From contig KZ538446.1 of the NCBI GenBank assembly GCA_000934665.2, forward strand, positions 1 through 64,000: a stretch of DNA of 64,000 bases, in the 5' to 3' direction. This document shows, piece after piece, positions 15,001-29,800 of the stretch. The position numbers were made by a program, and so were the translations under genes. The notes beneath the pieces were generated by a model. That model had not been told where the DNA came from, ran no database searches, and was given only the letters and a program-made list of their open reading frames with translations. The stretch comes from Catajapyx aquilonaris (Eukaryota). Every line of letters starts with the position of its first letter. Position 1 is the stretch's first letter.

Positions 15001-18000
15001 GGTTCCCCCTTCATTCAAGGGGAACTAAATCAGTCTCCCCCACCTCCTATCCCACCCCTCAGAATTTAAACCCTTGATTATCCTCCGGTGACGGAGTAGT
15101 CCGTTTGCTAATTCGCTTTTCCACTTCCGCCTTCCTAGATCCCACCCCACCACCCCACACCCACCCCACATCTCTTTGCAGCACACCGAAATCTCAATTA
15201 GGCCACTCTCTTGTTTGCTTTAAGTACAGAGGACTGATTGGGGATCCAGACCGATATATTCCGCTTAGGCACTTCTATTAAGGTACACGCTGTTCGGTTC
15301 AATCCAAACTCACTCGAACTGTTTGATAAGGAAGAAAGTGCATCACTAGAATCCCATCACTTCTAGCTGTACATAGTCTACAGTTGAACAACAAAAAAAT
15401 GTCATCCTATATTTTTCAGTAGATGTGGATGACGGATGCTTCAGAAAAGACACCCGAACATCTTGGGATTAATTCCCGTTCGTCACCCGGGTGTCAATTG
15501 GTTCCGTCCACATTGCGTGCCAGATGTCAGCGATAGGAAAAGACTGCTGCTGGCCTCCCCTTAACGACTATAATCAAGCACAGAAGCCCCACTGCCAAAC
15601 TCAATCCCAAATATATTTTTGGGGGGGTCCAAAAGACGAAGAGCCATCAACTAAATCGTTTCTTTTTGATCGCATATAATGCGACGTTTCGATAGAAATG
15701 AACCATAAGCGATTCCTGCGGGACCGCTCGTTTCACTTTGCTCGTCAGAAGAAAACTTTCTTCCCCAGGAACAAGGCGCTTCTGGATAGGCCAGAAAAAA
15801 GAAGTTCAGAGATGGATGTGGCGTGAGGCGGGTGTTTCCAGTAGTCGTCGTCGCCAATCATTAATTCCCAGACATCTCTCCCCTCTTTCCATCGCACTGG
15901 TGGCTCCAAGCCCTAATTACGACCATGTGACAATTAGCGGGGCTTCTAAGAGAAAAGGACTGATAATGAATATCCCCAGCTGCAGGTTCCATTTAATCAA
16001 ACCTCTTAATTCACGTCCCCTTCAAAATTTGAAGTACTCTCTACATATGCAGTACAGCTCAAAATAGTGTCGCAAGCACGACCCCGTGCATGTAATTGCA
16101 TTCGCTTGGAATCCGCGTTCTCTGCACTCTGATTATGTACATTATAATTGTCGAGCATAAATATTAATGGTGCGCAGGCAATTTATTGGCCCACATGGTA
16201 ATTAAGGGCATTAATTTGTGGCTGATATCATTGGCGTATGATCGGCTTACGTGATAGGGTGTTTAACACCGGAGTGTGTTGTGTTGGTGCACACGAAAAA
16301 ATAGAAGCCCGAAGGTTTCTACCCTGTGCTCAGGGGTTGGGTGGTAGAAACCAATAATCCGAAAATTCCTGGCAAAAGTTTTTGAACTGTGCGAGGGTCG
16401 TTATGCAAAGCAGCGATTGGCTTACTCCACAACTCGACGGGTGCGAAAAAGAAAGGTGGCGAAAAAAAAAAACATGTGGCCGCAATTTCAGTGTGATAAC
16501 CCAGCACCGTTTCCATTAATGGCTGCGAATATCCGTAGTTTCAGGATAACACATGGCTGGCTCATCCCAGATAAGGATCGTGGCCATAGGGTGCGGTCCT
16601 TGAGTGGTTTTGGCGGCGTGGAGGCATATCTCTTGACCCAGGTCGCGGGAAAAACAAGGGAGCAAATTCTGAAATAAATGTACAGGATGTCAAGCATGAT
16701 TCCGAGCAATAATATTCAATGGAATGTGTGTACACATTATGTGTGTACTTTGCAGGGGCAATGTTAATTAATTTGATCGCTGCCACTGATATGTATCAAG
16801 TGGGAAACCAGTGGTCCAGATATGATACTTATGTTTCAATTACGCAAATGGATAAACAGCTGGCAGGTTGTTATTCACAGTCGAATAAATAAAGCCCCCA
16901 TAATGATGTTCCAGATGCAGCAACACGACAGAAGCTACTTGAATCCGTGGGGGGGCTCCATTTTATTTTATTTTTTTCCTCCTTCTCTCTTCTCCGTTTT
17001 GCGGCCGTATAATAAAACCATGTGTTATTCCGGACACGGACTCTTTGCCATAAAACATGGCACTAGCTTGGGGGGAAAATATACCGGGTAACCAATAACT
17101 GAAATTGGTGTCCAATAAACGTCTTCAAGGTGTCGTTGAACCTAGTTGACTGAGCCCGGATTTTTTTTTTTACCCTCCTCGTGTCTGTCGCCTTGCTCGG
17201 TATCGTAAATTCCGCTTTTAATTCGATTTCCGACGACAAATACTCTGGAATCTGGCGAGGTAATGACATTTCGGCGCCAAATTTCTAACACAAATAGAAA
17301 CGTCCGGACCCGCTCCTGATTTGACTTATCAGTGCTGTGATTTGTGCATCGGCAAAACTTGGAAACTAGCCATCCTGCATTATCGGCAACACAGTGTCCG
17401 ACTCAATGAAATGGGTCTCGAAATGTACAGGGTGGTTCGGAAAGACAAGTTAATTTAGCAAATTACTGTACAAGTAATCCTTTTCTGGCTGCCCTACAAA
17501 TGTTGGTCGGACTGGCGAGGTCTCTTCAATAGCTGTCAGCGGGAAACTGATTTGGCCACAGAGCTTCCCCGTGGTTTGATATATACGCCGCCCGAGTATA
17601 TGTTTTAAAAAAGAGAGACGGCGACAATGCACCATTTGCATTTAATTTCGCTAGGAGTAGAATTTAACAAGGGAACCGGTAGGATAATAATTCTGTGCTG
17701 GAAAAAAAGTCCATTATACGATTACTGTGTGTTACGTAAAAAAATATGTGAAAAATTATTAGGGCGTCAAAAACCATAATAAACATACAGAACGATGCCG
17801 CAAAAATGGTAAAAAGTGCTTTTGTACACAGCACTAGCCAGCGGCATAAACAAACAAAACCTCTTTGAAATTTGCCCGACTTTCAAACCTTTACCTCGGT
17901 ATAACATGCATGCAGCCCTTTGTCCTTTTCCTCTTGGATTAGGTTTAAATGGGAACAAATACCTCCCGGTTATGCTGTATACGGATGACAATATTCTAAT

Positions 18001-21000
18001 CCTTTTCACCGCCTGAATACACTGGCGAAAAAGCACTAAGCCTAATTGCAGCCTCTGTAGAGTATTGAGACTTGATAACACACACTTTTCATGGAGCACA
18101 AAATGGGAGAGAAAAAACTCTGTAACAGGTGGACGATTATGGCGTACACATCCTCGCTGCAGAGAGGATTAAATATTGGAAGCAGCGTAATAACTCATAT
18201 ACTAGAATAATCCTATTTTTCGATCAATCGTGAATGCAACACAGTGATTAAAACTTGTAGCATTTATTTCGAAAAGCATTGCCGCCTATTCAGCTCGTAA
18301 CTGTACACAATTACAGCCATACATTGCAGGTATTTCGCCATTACGAGCATTTTTAGAGATAATATGGCGTTTCCCTTTCCGCAAATATTCGTGCATTGTT
18401 ACAGCAGTACTCCACGTAATTATACGCGCATTTTGTGGTTCCTCTTACTATACGGCCTCTTCCTCTCATCAAGCTTATACCGCCTACAGGTACATGTCGG
18501 GGACCGGCAATAATTTGAATACGAGGTCTCCGGATCCAAATTAGCAAAGATGCAGCTCATGCCTCGAGCACTTAGCAGTTGTAAATCTCCAGGCGGCAAT
18601 TAATGACCGGGACGTGACACGGATCAAAAACTACTTAATATTCAAGCTATGATCTCTCTTTTCCACCCCCCAAAAAGAGAGAGAGAGAGAACTTGGTGGC
18701 TCCGAGGGATAGTTGAGATTACCAGTGTCCTCTCTTCGTTCCAAAAATGGAGCTTGGAGTAACAGTGGAATTAACTGGCAATAGAGCAGGCATGCAGTCC
18801 AAAAGAGCCCACCGCGTATGCCCCCCCAAGTACCCTTTCAAAATTTTACGAGGTACCGACCTCCATGTCCCACGCACAGTATGCAAACGAGTCAGTAGTT
18901 TGTCGGTCTCTCTCTCTTAATGAGAGTTGTAGTCTTCTCTTTCCGGTTGATCACTTTTCGGCTGTGAGCAATCGGGCTAAAACCCCTCTCTCGGCATGCT
19001 GATTGGAGCATTACTGACCCCAGTTTGCTAATTACTCAAGATTTTCGAGCCTCTAATCAGCCCACAAAGCTGGTGTGATAACCTCAGGATAAGTCCTTTT
19101 GCCTTATCATTCAAACCGTGGGATTTTGAAGCTGTATTCATGCGTCGCAATTAGGAGCGTAATTGCTCGGGTTGCTGTTTATGTACACTGCAATTGCGAG
19201 CAAATGAAAACTGGTCAGCACGTAGAAGGACGGGGTTGGAACGTGGACTGAATCAAATCCAAACAAAGTTAATTTGCTCTGCCATTTCCAGAATGTGGAG
19301 AGGAAGAAAAAAAACGGCGGAAAAAATGAACCAGAAGTGACCAAGAAAATATCTCTGTTGCAGTTTTCGCCACAAACAATCCAAATGATATTACATCGTT
19401 TCTTGTGGGTCCACCCACCACCCACCCACTACAGTTCCTAACTTTCTCTCTCTTTTTTTCCTCTCTTCCTCTTCCCCCATTCCGACTGTCTGTCCAACTT
19501 TCGCTTTCTCCAAAACGTCGGCTTGTCACAAACCAACTTTAAGGCTGGCGTTCCAAATAACATCCGAATTAATGGAAGTTTTGTCCAGACCCGACTTGTA
19601 CCGTACAATGTACAAAAAAAATTGGAGAAAAAAAAACTTGTTCGGATATGGCCGGAACAGCAGTGAGAAAATCACAGTTTGCAGTTTATGGATGACAGCA
19701 ACTTTACACATTTTTTTTTCAAAAACCTTTCCAACCGACTTAAATTCAGTTGCACTTGTTTATAACGAGCTTTCAAACTTGCGCAATTCTACATACCAAA
19801 AACTCGGAGCAGCTTTTGCACATCATGCAGTCGCATTGCATCACTTTTAACGGTTTAGCGCCAGTTGGAAACGGTCCCTTTTTCGCCCCCCCTCAAAAAA
19901 CCGGGCACCATAAAACAGCATCGGGTATTGCCAGCTGACCGAGCATCCCGGGGGCCGAGGTGTTAACGGAGATTCAAAGATTGAACAAGTGTTGATGGTT
20001 TGACGCCACCCATTGTGCTCTGGAACCTGCTGGCATTGAATCCCTGGCTTTGGAAACATGTGCAGAGAGAGAACACAATATTTGATTCGGTCATTGGTCC
20101 GGAAATGACAGCACGTGCAATCAAAGCTGACGGAGAGCTCTACGTGCGTTACATTTTTAAATATCCCAGGCGCAACTGGGAAATTTCATCAGGGACGAAG
20201 CGTGTAGTAATAGTGTTGGGGTTAGTACAGCCTCGGGGACAAGGTGCGAATCCGGAATAAATATCAGCTCTGAATGAAGCGTGTTCGGGCCTCATTAACC
20301 GAAGGTTCAGATATTTTCTGGACGTACTGTGCACAGGTTCTGCTCGAGTCATTATGAAACCCACTGTACCAATTCCACCAAAGGGTCCTCCCATTACGCA
20401 AAAGGCGTCTCTTAATCACAACAATTGCTTCTGGCAACGTCGAGCCTTTTTCCCCCGCCGGCAGGAAATAATAATCTTGATGACTTTCCAAAGCCCTCTT
20501 TGAGTCTGAAGTTTAAAAAAAAAATTGCCAAAAATTTTCTCCATCCCTACTCTACTCTTACCTCTTTTGTCCTGCGCTCTACAGGGCTGGCAGAGCTTTT
20601 AAAAGGGAACCCCTTTCACCCCCTTTTAACCATCAGCTCTTTTTCCTCCCTACTTTTCCCAGCCTTTCCCCCTCCCCCACCTCATCTTTCCGTTCTAATT
20701 TATTCCCAGAGATTTTTGCATGGGGAGGAGTGGCTTTTGGGTGGCGCAAGTTGGCGAAGTTTGCCCGTGAAACATGGGCCGCAAAAGGGAGGGTCCGAGC
20801 CTAAGGAGGACACGCTGCATTTAGCACTAGATGAATAGGTGTAGTCTCCTCCTTTTCTCTCCCTACCACCCAGCAGCCGTAGAAGAGGCTGCTCCAGAGG
20901 GTGTGAACCCAGGAAAACCTCCCAGCTCATTAGAGTTCTCATGGAAAGTTTTGGTGACCGCTTGCTGCCTCTTAACCTGCGATCGCCGGTTTTGGTGTTT

Positions 21001-24000
21001 TGCTCGAAACTTTTGCTGCAGAGTCCAACGTCTGGGGTCTGCGAAAAGGGGTTTCCATAATGGCACAGTTTGCAGAATTCATGTGGACAAAGCGGATGTG
21101 ATTTCAGAGGGATGCAATCTCAGTTAACTGCAGGTTGGTCCAAGGGTCAAATTGTCTTAAAATGCGGAAAAGGACACGCGTTTTATCTGAAAAATCGCTA
21201 ATATTGAAGAAGATGCGTCCTTGGGTACACGGAAAAGCCTACTAAATTTTCCTCCGTTGCCCCCATTTCCGACTTTTCCCTCCATTGTATTCAAGTAGTT
21301 CCACGCACGTATTCCACTATGGGAAGCAGCAGCAACAACCGATGCCTTTTCCCCAGATCTAAAATCAGTCCATTTGCTTGCAGCGCACTTGGCCCTTGCT
21401 TTGCACGGACCCATCCCCGCATAACGGCTATGAATTTCAGAATTTTGATTCGATTTTTGTCTCATGTGTACAAAACAGTACTTGCCAAACTTTTGCAGCA
21501 GCACAACAACAAAAAAACTAGAAGTTCATTAAAATTGCAGCAGTTTTCTGGGGTAGGAAGGAACGGAAATTAACTCAAAGTAGGTTTTGGTGTCAGATCC
21601 TTTTGGCCTCCCAAAAAAATAACTGTTCATGTTAAGTTCTAGATATGATCACCACCCCCCCCCCCCCCCGTTGGCTGGCCGATTCCTTATCAGGGTTCAA
21701 CCTCCCTATCAGAGAACCGAGCATGGAAAAGCGCTTATAAATTCAAGAGCCAAGGCGGGGGAGCCCCATTGTCCATTCCGACAGGCGCAGCATTCTCTTC
21801 CTGGAGCAGCCAAGCCCACCATGAAAAGGTGGTTGCGGGGAAATAAATGGAAGGAGCTGTAGGGAAGGGGGGGAGGCTCCCGCTTCATTAGGCCGGCAAT
21901 AAAGAGCCTCGGTCCTCCGCCATTTTCTTCCTCCCTTTCCCCCCAGCAAGCCGTCTACATGATTCGCATTCCTGCATCCTTTCTTGCCTTTCCTACTATC
22001 CAAAAAGATGTATTTCCAGCCCCTTTTCCGGGAGACGTCGTGATCACCCTACAAGTTAGGAGGGTGGGAGATATGAAGGAAATGGAGGACGCTCGGTTTT
22101 GTCTGGGGTCGAGATGTGGCCGGAAATGTCGGAGTTGGTGTCTCTTTATTTAGTTTCTATGGTCTTACAATTATTATTATTTCCTACAGCCGCGTCCGGG
22201 TTGAGAGGATGAGGCGTTTTATTAAACAAGTTGGAGGAAACGGAAACTACAGTGTGACTAATGTGCGTTCAGGTTGGCCTCATGTCGAACCATCACGTTT
22301 TTTGAGGGGGGNCGTTTGCGACTCCTTCTAAACCCCACCAAATTGTCTCCGAGCGACTGTCGACTCGGCTTTTGCGTGTCGAATAAGCCCCTTGGTTGGA
22401 AGCTGGATATCCCGACATACAGATGCCCCACTTGATGCCTGGAGACTCGTCTCATAACCTCGGTGCCACCCCCAGGAAATTATCATTCCGCTAACTCTAT
22501 GAAAAATGAAGGGATCAAAGAAATCCCCCCTCCCCTCCCTCTCTCTACATCATCCAACTTTTTAGAGAAGGGGGTGCTGGGAATAGGATGCGAGGGAGGG
22601 AAATGGGAAAGAGACGGTGGAGTTATCAGATACACAGGAATAATTAGGTTTTCTTTTTTTTAAAGCATTCCTCTCAGGTTCTATATGCAAAAAAGAGGAG
22701 GGAGGGAAGGACTCTCGGGATTGGTTCAATTTGTGATGGAGCAAAGTGAAAGAATGCTAATGGTTTGGGAGGCGGGAGGGGAAAAATTTTTTTTAGAGAG
22801 AGAGAGAAAGTGCGCCAAAAATGGGGGTGAAGTTACGTGACTTTTGCCTGATTACTACATTATTTGCACCAGTTTTTTTAGCATTTCTCTCCCAGGGAAT
22901 TCCTTTCGCAACGTTTTTTAACAAGTCCGCGGGATATATAATGCTGATCAATGCGGTTTGTTCAATTTGGGGGAGCCTGCACTGAAGTATGCGATATCTA
23001 CAGTGTGCAGTGCAAATGGTTGAAAACCGTCGTTGTGGGGCGGTAACAGTCCGTATTTGCAGCAAAATTGTTTTTTTTGTGCGTGTCATTTTGCGCAGGG
23101 GTAACCTGAATCTGATTGAGACCACTTTGTAAGCAAATGCTTGTCAGGGACGCAGCTTACGGAGCGCAATTGGCCTTTTGTTTGCATTGCCTCGTTGCAA
23201 ACCTGCGATGAGAAAATTTCTGCGCCAGGGAGATACTGCCGCTTGCTCTTTCCGAGAGCGAGAGAGAGAGAAAAAAATGCTTTACTTAACACAGTTTAAG
23301 GACACCTGACACTTTCGATTCCAATTGGTGCAATCATTGGGAGAAATAAAATATCAGAAAAGAATTTCAAAGTTTCATGTTGGATATCAAGAGCTTTACA
23401 TTGATAAATTTTTCGAAATTATTTATCTCCTTTGTAATAATAAGTTCATTTGCAAAATATCCACGCTATGGTGTGGGCAATAAATTAGCAAATTGTAGAA
23501 CATTTTAATTTATTTTACATACTATGAAAAGTAGGCGGTATCGCATTATGACTCAGCAGGAACTGTTTACAATGCATTCCTAAAATGTGTCATGCTTAAG
23601 TACCAGGCAGTAATGTGTTTTAGTGGGCTGTAAGAAGCGTGTAATGAATGCGCAAACAAAATTAAGTCGGTGGAAACCACCTTTCACTTTGCATAAAATC
23701 TTCCAAGACTATTATCCTAAGAGAATGATCAATAGGAACTGTTTTATATGTAAAGGACACGAGAGTGAGCTTTGCAGATTTATTTACAGTAACAAAAGCA
23801 CTACACTAAAAGGTGTATCCGGATTTGAATTCATTACTGGTTATAAACAAAGGTGGAGACGTCCTTCGGTAATACCAGTGTACTTGTAATTGCCTGTATG
23901 CAATGCTCTCATAAACAAAGAATATTAGATCTGTAGCCGCTAATTGTCTTTATGCCATATGTTGTCTCCTATTATTTTCTTAGTGATGCTTTATGATCAT

Positions 24001-25687
24001 AATTACACAGCAACAGCTTATTCTTACTCGCCCAATAAGCAATCAATATCTGGCTTATGTTTCGTTATTACACATTAAAGGGTAAAGCACCTCTTCATGA
24101 GAGAACATCATTAGTACAACATCTTCGTCGCATAATTCATGCAGTACTTGCACGGCATGTGTCAGTTACGTAAATGACTGCCAGGTAACCAGGCACCTGA
24201 GTAGTTACGAAGCGTGTAATAAAATATAGCCGAGCAGTCTATACCTAAGCGTGGAGCGTCCTCTAATGCTGTGGTCATGCACTGTACAGTACACAACCTG
24301 ATAGACGAAATCTAATTTGTTACAGCACTGCCTAGGCCGGAAATGAAGCCTGGGCACGTCAGGCATATTAGGCCCTAAAACGTACAGGGTGTGCTTCAAA
24401 AAAGCACGAACTTTTCCCGCGTAGTTATTTTTTTTAATTTCCTATTTAAAAATATTTCTTTTAAGGCCATATTTCTGTACTTTTAAGTACAGCATTCCTG
24501 CCCTCCTACCTTGGGACTATTCATGAATGTGCAGATAAAATTCCCTCACGAATAACTGAACACCGTATACGATAAATCCTCTGCATTTAACAGTTGCATA
24601 TTTTATCTCCCGATGTGGATCAGTATCGCAGTGGGAACAGCAATTTGTTCCAATGTCAATCTGGTGTACACACCCACCGCTCTAATTCCCATGCATGTTT
24701 TAGTATTTGGCCACAATGCGTGTTGCATGTTGCGTCATTATTACATCGCGACAATAGAAAATACTGTCCCGTCACACGCTGTAATGCCACACTCCACAAT
24801 TCACTCCAACTCGCAACTGTACATCTCGGTGTTTACGAGGGAACTCACGTGATGGACTGGATCTAGTCATGACTAATTATTACATGCAGTAATTATTTAA
24901 AATGTGCTGAAAACTTACATGGTTCCACGAATCCGTCGCATGCAGAACAACCGCACAACACCCACGCACTGCAAAAAATAAACAGAACTCATATCACACT
25001 CAAGTTGAAGAAAACACGTCCAGCCTTTCAAGACAAGGTCACCCCATTCGAGCCTGCCCAATTTGGCCCCTCTAATCTGTGCCCGGGGAGACGTCAAATA
25101 AGAAAATTTGTCTGGGGAGTCAAACCCAATTGTTCCACAGGTCAACCGGAGTTACGCCAATATTTCCTGGAGACGACACACGTCAGCACTCAGACATAAT
25201 ATCAATCCGGCCTCCTTGATGGGGCTTCATAACGTGTTAGAGTCTGGGCCTGGTAAAGTTTTCTCCGGTAATCCTGTTACGGGAAATGGGGCCTCGCGTT
25301 TCTTGTCCCAATATGTTATTTCCAGTTGGTACCAGGAAGGCTTTTCAATCCCTCGGACGCACTTCGAGCATTGTGTTTGGACATGCTTGATGGCGCAATT
25401 CTCCAAACTGGGCCTCGTTGTTGTAAGGAACTCAAAGTGGGGCTGACATTACACTATATTCCGGTCCGGTATGGCACAGCCGGTCTATACACAGTCTAGC
25501 GAAATAGCGACGTGTTAATGCACCTTTCAACCGGATATATGCTGCGGTAAATCTCTTTGAGCTGATTTAATACACCGAATTAGATATTCGGCATCATACA
25601 TGTTGAAGGTAATAAGCACCCGTTGGGCATACCTCCGTTTATTCAACAAGTAAACTAGTTACATCTATTTATACGTCACATTTGCGA

Positions 25688-25797
25688 AATGTTACGTTTA
25701 CATAGACGTAACATTATCAAAAATATTATTCAAACGTAACATGTATCAAAACGCTACGTTTGAATAGACGTAACATGTATCAAAAATGTTACGTTTA
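25688..25797. repeat. Short tandem repeat (about 3.5 units of ~30-35 nt) built from inverted ATGTTACGT/ACGTAACAT motifs
   Basis: acgtaacat(g)tatcaaa occurs three times. Perfect inverted pairs at 25688-25697/25706-25715, 25727-25738/25755-25766 and 25768-25776/25786-25794. Confidence 0.8.
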
Positions 25798-26533
25798 TAA
25801 AGCTACCGGGTGAAAAATGATTGAACTTTTCCTAATATATATTACAGTACCATATAGTAACTTGGTATACCCCGCAAAAATACAGGGCTTTATTGAACAG
25901 ACATTGAAAACAAAGGGTTCATTGAAAACTGGCATTAATTTCCAGGGCTTCAGTTACACAGCACATAACGAAGAATAGGCCTGAATGGAGTAATTTCAAG
26001 CCCCCCCCCCTTTTTTTTTCAAAAAAATGCGATGGTACAAATTTCTCCCTCTCGTTTATCATTTGGGGCTATATCGATTTCATGGAGGCTGAATCCATTT
26101 GTCACGGTCCATGCTCTGAGTATCATTTGCAGCGAAAGGAATAAGGCAGCAATTCTTTGTCCGGAAAAAAAAGAAGAGTGGGTGGAGGGGAGAGTAAGGT
26201 AGAATTGCTTTTAGCCATAAAAAAAGAGAAATCCGTGCTGAAAAATCCAGTTTATGACGCCTAGAATACGCCTGACAAAAAAAAACTCGAGAAATTTATA
26301 TTTCTCCAAAAAGTAAGACCAAGGTTCTGATCATGAGGTAGAAAAATTAAATAAAATAATTTTATATATACTTCTGTATCTGATGTTAATTAATTCTGCA
26401 TTTCTGTAATTCTCACACTGTAAGACAAAGAGAGTCTTATCACATGTCGTATAATAAATAAGTTATTAGAAATTGATTCATTATTAGCAATCCAAAGAGT
26501 AAAATGAAGGGTCGTCTCATTGGATAGTCAATA

Positions 26534-26577
26534 AATGAATGAATGAATGAATGAATTAATTAATGAATTAATTAATT
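26534..26577. repeat. (GAAT)n microsatellite grading into (TAAT)n
   Basis: atgaatgaatgaatgaatgaattaattaatgaattaattaatt. Confidence 0.8.
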
Positions 26578-26746
26578 CACTTCAAAAATGATGACGCATG
26601 GCTTCAGAAAACTATACAAAATATGTACACCTCACGTACTTAGTAACTCCTCGATTTTTCGTCACGTTGTCTCACATCTCTGTTTAAAACTAATGTCAGG
26701 TTATATAGCATAAGGACTATAAACCGAATGCAATTCTTCTCCATAT

Positions 26747-26748
<2 letters not shown>

Positions 26749-26806
<58 letters not shown>
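26749..26806. repeat. (TC)29 microsatellite
   Basis: Uninterrupted TC run; source of the ERERER pseudo-ORFs. Confidence 0.97.
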
Positions 26807-26808
<2 letters not shown>

Positions 26809-29800
26809 GGACTCCCAAGAGGTCCAAATTGCATTTCGGAGCATTGCACCGGAACACCTCACTTTTTCGGGGTCGTGATGTCGGAGACATTGCGGCCTGG
26901 TCCTTTTCCGCATTTTGAGACAACTTTACGGGCCCAGCCATTGAATGACTCCTCCGCACGACAGTTAGTGCGACTACTCTCTGGCATGTAATTTCATCCC
27001 AATTTTTCTTTATTGCTTTCACCCACTTCAAAGCCCGACTTGTACCAACATCCGAACTTATGTCGTTTGGGTACTTTTTTTAAAAAGAAACCAGGGAGTA
27101 AGTTCGCTTTTTTTTCTTGGCTGGAAGACGAGTCCTAATTAAAATAGATGAGAAATGCGTGAATGAGGCGCCTCCATTGAAGGACCCCAACCTTCTTCCG
27201 AGAAATTTTGTCTCGTCGTTCGAAAAGTGGAAGAATTCGCAATTTTCTAAATGTTGGAAAATTATACCGTGGCTTCAATCAACGAGATTATAAGGAGCGA
27301 TGCCTTCCATCTTTTCCCTTCCCTGTTTTTTTTCTGAAGAAAGATCACAGCCCCCATTTTTTTTCTCCCTCCTTCCTTTCTCGGGAAAAGTGTACCTAAT
27401 AACGAAGCTCTATAATTACACGGGTTTTATGCATACAAGTGCGCCGAGTTTATTATCTTCCTGTGCAACTTTTTGAACATGCTCCAGTCCATTACTTTGT
27501 AGATTAAAGAAGTTGATCCCCCTCCCTTTCCCTGCACTTGACTGCAAGGCAGGTAATTTACATCCTAGTGAAACATATAACTTTAACCTAAGCTGCTGAT
27601 AATTTATGACCCCCAGGTATATAATGGCAGAGTGGCCGAAATTTCACGGCTTGACCTGCGGACTATCAGTGATGAACGACTGTGCTTAGGCTATGTTGTC
27701 GAGTCATCTTGTTTAGGACTAGGGTTGGGTTAATTTTGTGGCCGGATCATGGACAGAAATTTTATCAACCCTGAGCTGCGGTTTCCACTTTGTGGTGGAA
27801 TATATCCCTCAGGGAACAGGGAAACTTGTGTAAGGAAAATTGTACCGTGCATTATCGCTGAGGGCAGCATGAACAAGGCTGATTCACATCAGGTGAATGA
27901 CCCTACTTGCACACATAAACAACTCCATTTTTCGCCTCTATTTGTTTCCAGGCCACCTTATGCATAAGGATCTTTTGCCCATTAGCAACAAGGGCAAAAT
28001 ACTGATTACTATTCATGGAAGGAACGAGGTCATGCGTCATCTCTGGGAGAGAGGATCTGCTTGGCCGTATACCTTCATGATGAACGTGATTGGAATTGGT
28101 TTTTGCCACCTTCCACCCTCAACAGGATTTTGCTGAGTCCTGAAACCTTCCAAGGAAAAAAAACAGCATAAAGCCTTCCTTTCTTCAAAACTCCATTGGC
28201 AAAGTTATCTGGGGAGAAAGGACGTGACGTTTTTTAAACCTTACTCGAGTCCCGGCAGCATTGTCTGATTGGCGTTTCGCTAATTTGTCAGGGCAGAGTT
28301 GTTGCCTTTTTTTCGAGAGCAAAACGAGCATTCTTCTGCCACCTTTTCTTTTTTCCCTTTTTTTCAGGCTGACAACCCCTTGCCTTCACAGCATGGCCCG
28401 CAAAAGAACGCGTAAAAGTTTAACTGTGGTGTTATCTCTTTTTCTGGAGGTTTCTCGCTCCAGGACTACCTTGCGTACTATACCAACCAACTGAGGGACT
28501 AATATTCCTGGTAGGTCTAGGTCCTCTCTGCTGCGGCAAAGTAGCTCGAGGAAATACTGGGGTAAACTGCCTCTGTGAATGGCGAGCTCTTACACATTAT
28601 TGGCCGACTCCATCGCCGCTTTGCAGATTGTAAGACACGATTTTAGAGCGCTGAGGGGACTTGCAATCTAGCCTGGGAAATGAACATTATTCTCTCTTGC
28701 TATATGTACCATGTTAGCCAAGTTTGAGACATACAATGAGCCAAAAGCTCACCTTGACTTAATTAAAATAGGGTTTTCAAGCCACTGTTCATTTACTGGG
28801 GGGTTTCAGATTAAATTGTCACTAACCTGCTTTTCTTTCCAAAGTTGTTTGCATTGCAGTGCTCATTCGCGTATTCTTCCCCAAATCACTGATTCCTTCG
28901 GATTCACCATTCCCTGTACATTATGCATGAAACGAGCGGCTTGGGAATTCTCTTACTGATTGGAAAACCGGCCCTCTCATGGCATGGAAGCTGGATATGC
29001 TCTTTTTTATTTCTAGCCGTATCTGTTACATATACTCTTCCTATTCAACACAGGCAAACACATACACAAACACGCTCCTTTCTATATAGAGATGCGGCAG
29101 TTTACATGCAACTTTGTTAACTCGGTGTGTGGTTCTATCGGGGATCGCGCTGTCGTGAAACAGAATATTTGAATGCGGTTGGTTGAAGCCTCCCCACTAA
29201 CTCTATGCGGAACTGTGAGGCCCCCTCTTCTATCTCTATGAGCGTGTTTTGAGGTGGACGAGATCAAAGGAATTCCGTGAGATTCAAACCATGGGATGGA
29301 CAATCAAATACGTGGGGGTTGCTCTACTGCCTTTTACAATGACTCCCCGATCGTTTTGCGCTGATATACACGCAAAGGACATTTTACCGCACAAGCCCTC
29401 TTTTAGTCTTTTTAGGACACTCAAGAGTGACAACCGTCGTCTATTGCCTGGAATAATAGCACAAAATTTCAGGCTGTGATGTCAAGCTGGGACACACAAA
29501 AAATGCGAGGCATGTTGAAACATTGTTAATCGGTGGGAGGCACTGTGAAATTTTTACGAAATCTGCGAAAAATTGATGGCGTTGGTGCATTGCTCTATGA
29601 ATATATTATGAAGGCGCCGACGGCTAAAATTACCGCAATTTTTATTGCATAATTCGCATTATTTTAAAATCGGAATATTCCGCACCCATGTGGAGCAGTT
29701 TATGATCCATCATTTACGCGTGTCGATTTAAGAAGAAAAATAAGCTAAATTATACGTCATCCTTCCTCAGTCATAAGTGGAAGAAAATACCTAATTTTTC

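Noticed and set aside
25467..25530. tRNA or tRNA-derived SINE (A-box-like tggcacagccgg)
   Set aside because: No B box or cloverleaf downstream.
26640..27031. ERERER / SLSLSL proteins (also 58742-59064 and 61192-61591)
   Set aside because: These are translations of (TC)n microsatellites.
27669..27774. Box C/D snoRNA (GTGATGA ... CTGA)
   Set aside because: No terminal stem and no recognisable rRNA-antisense element.
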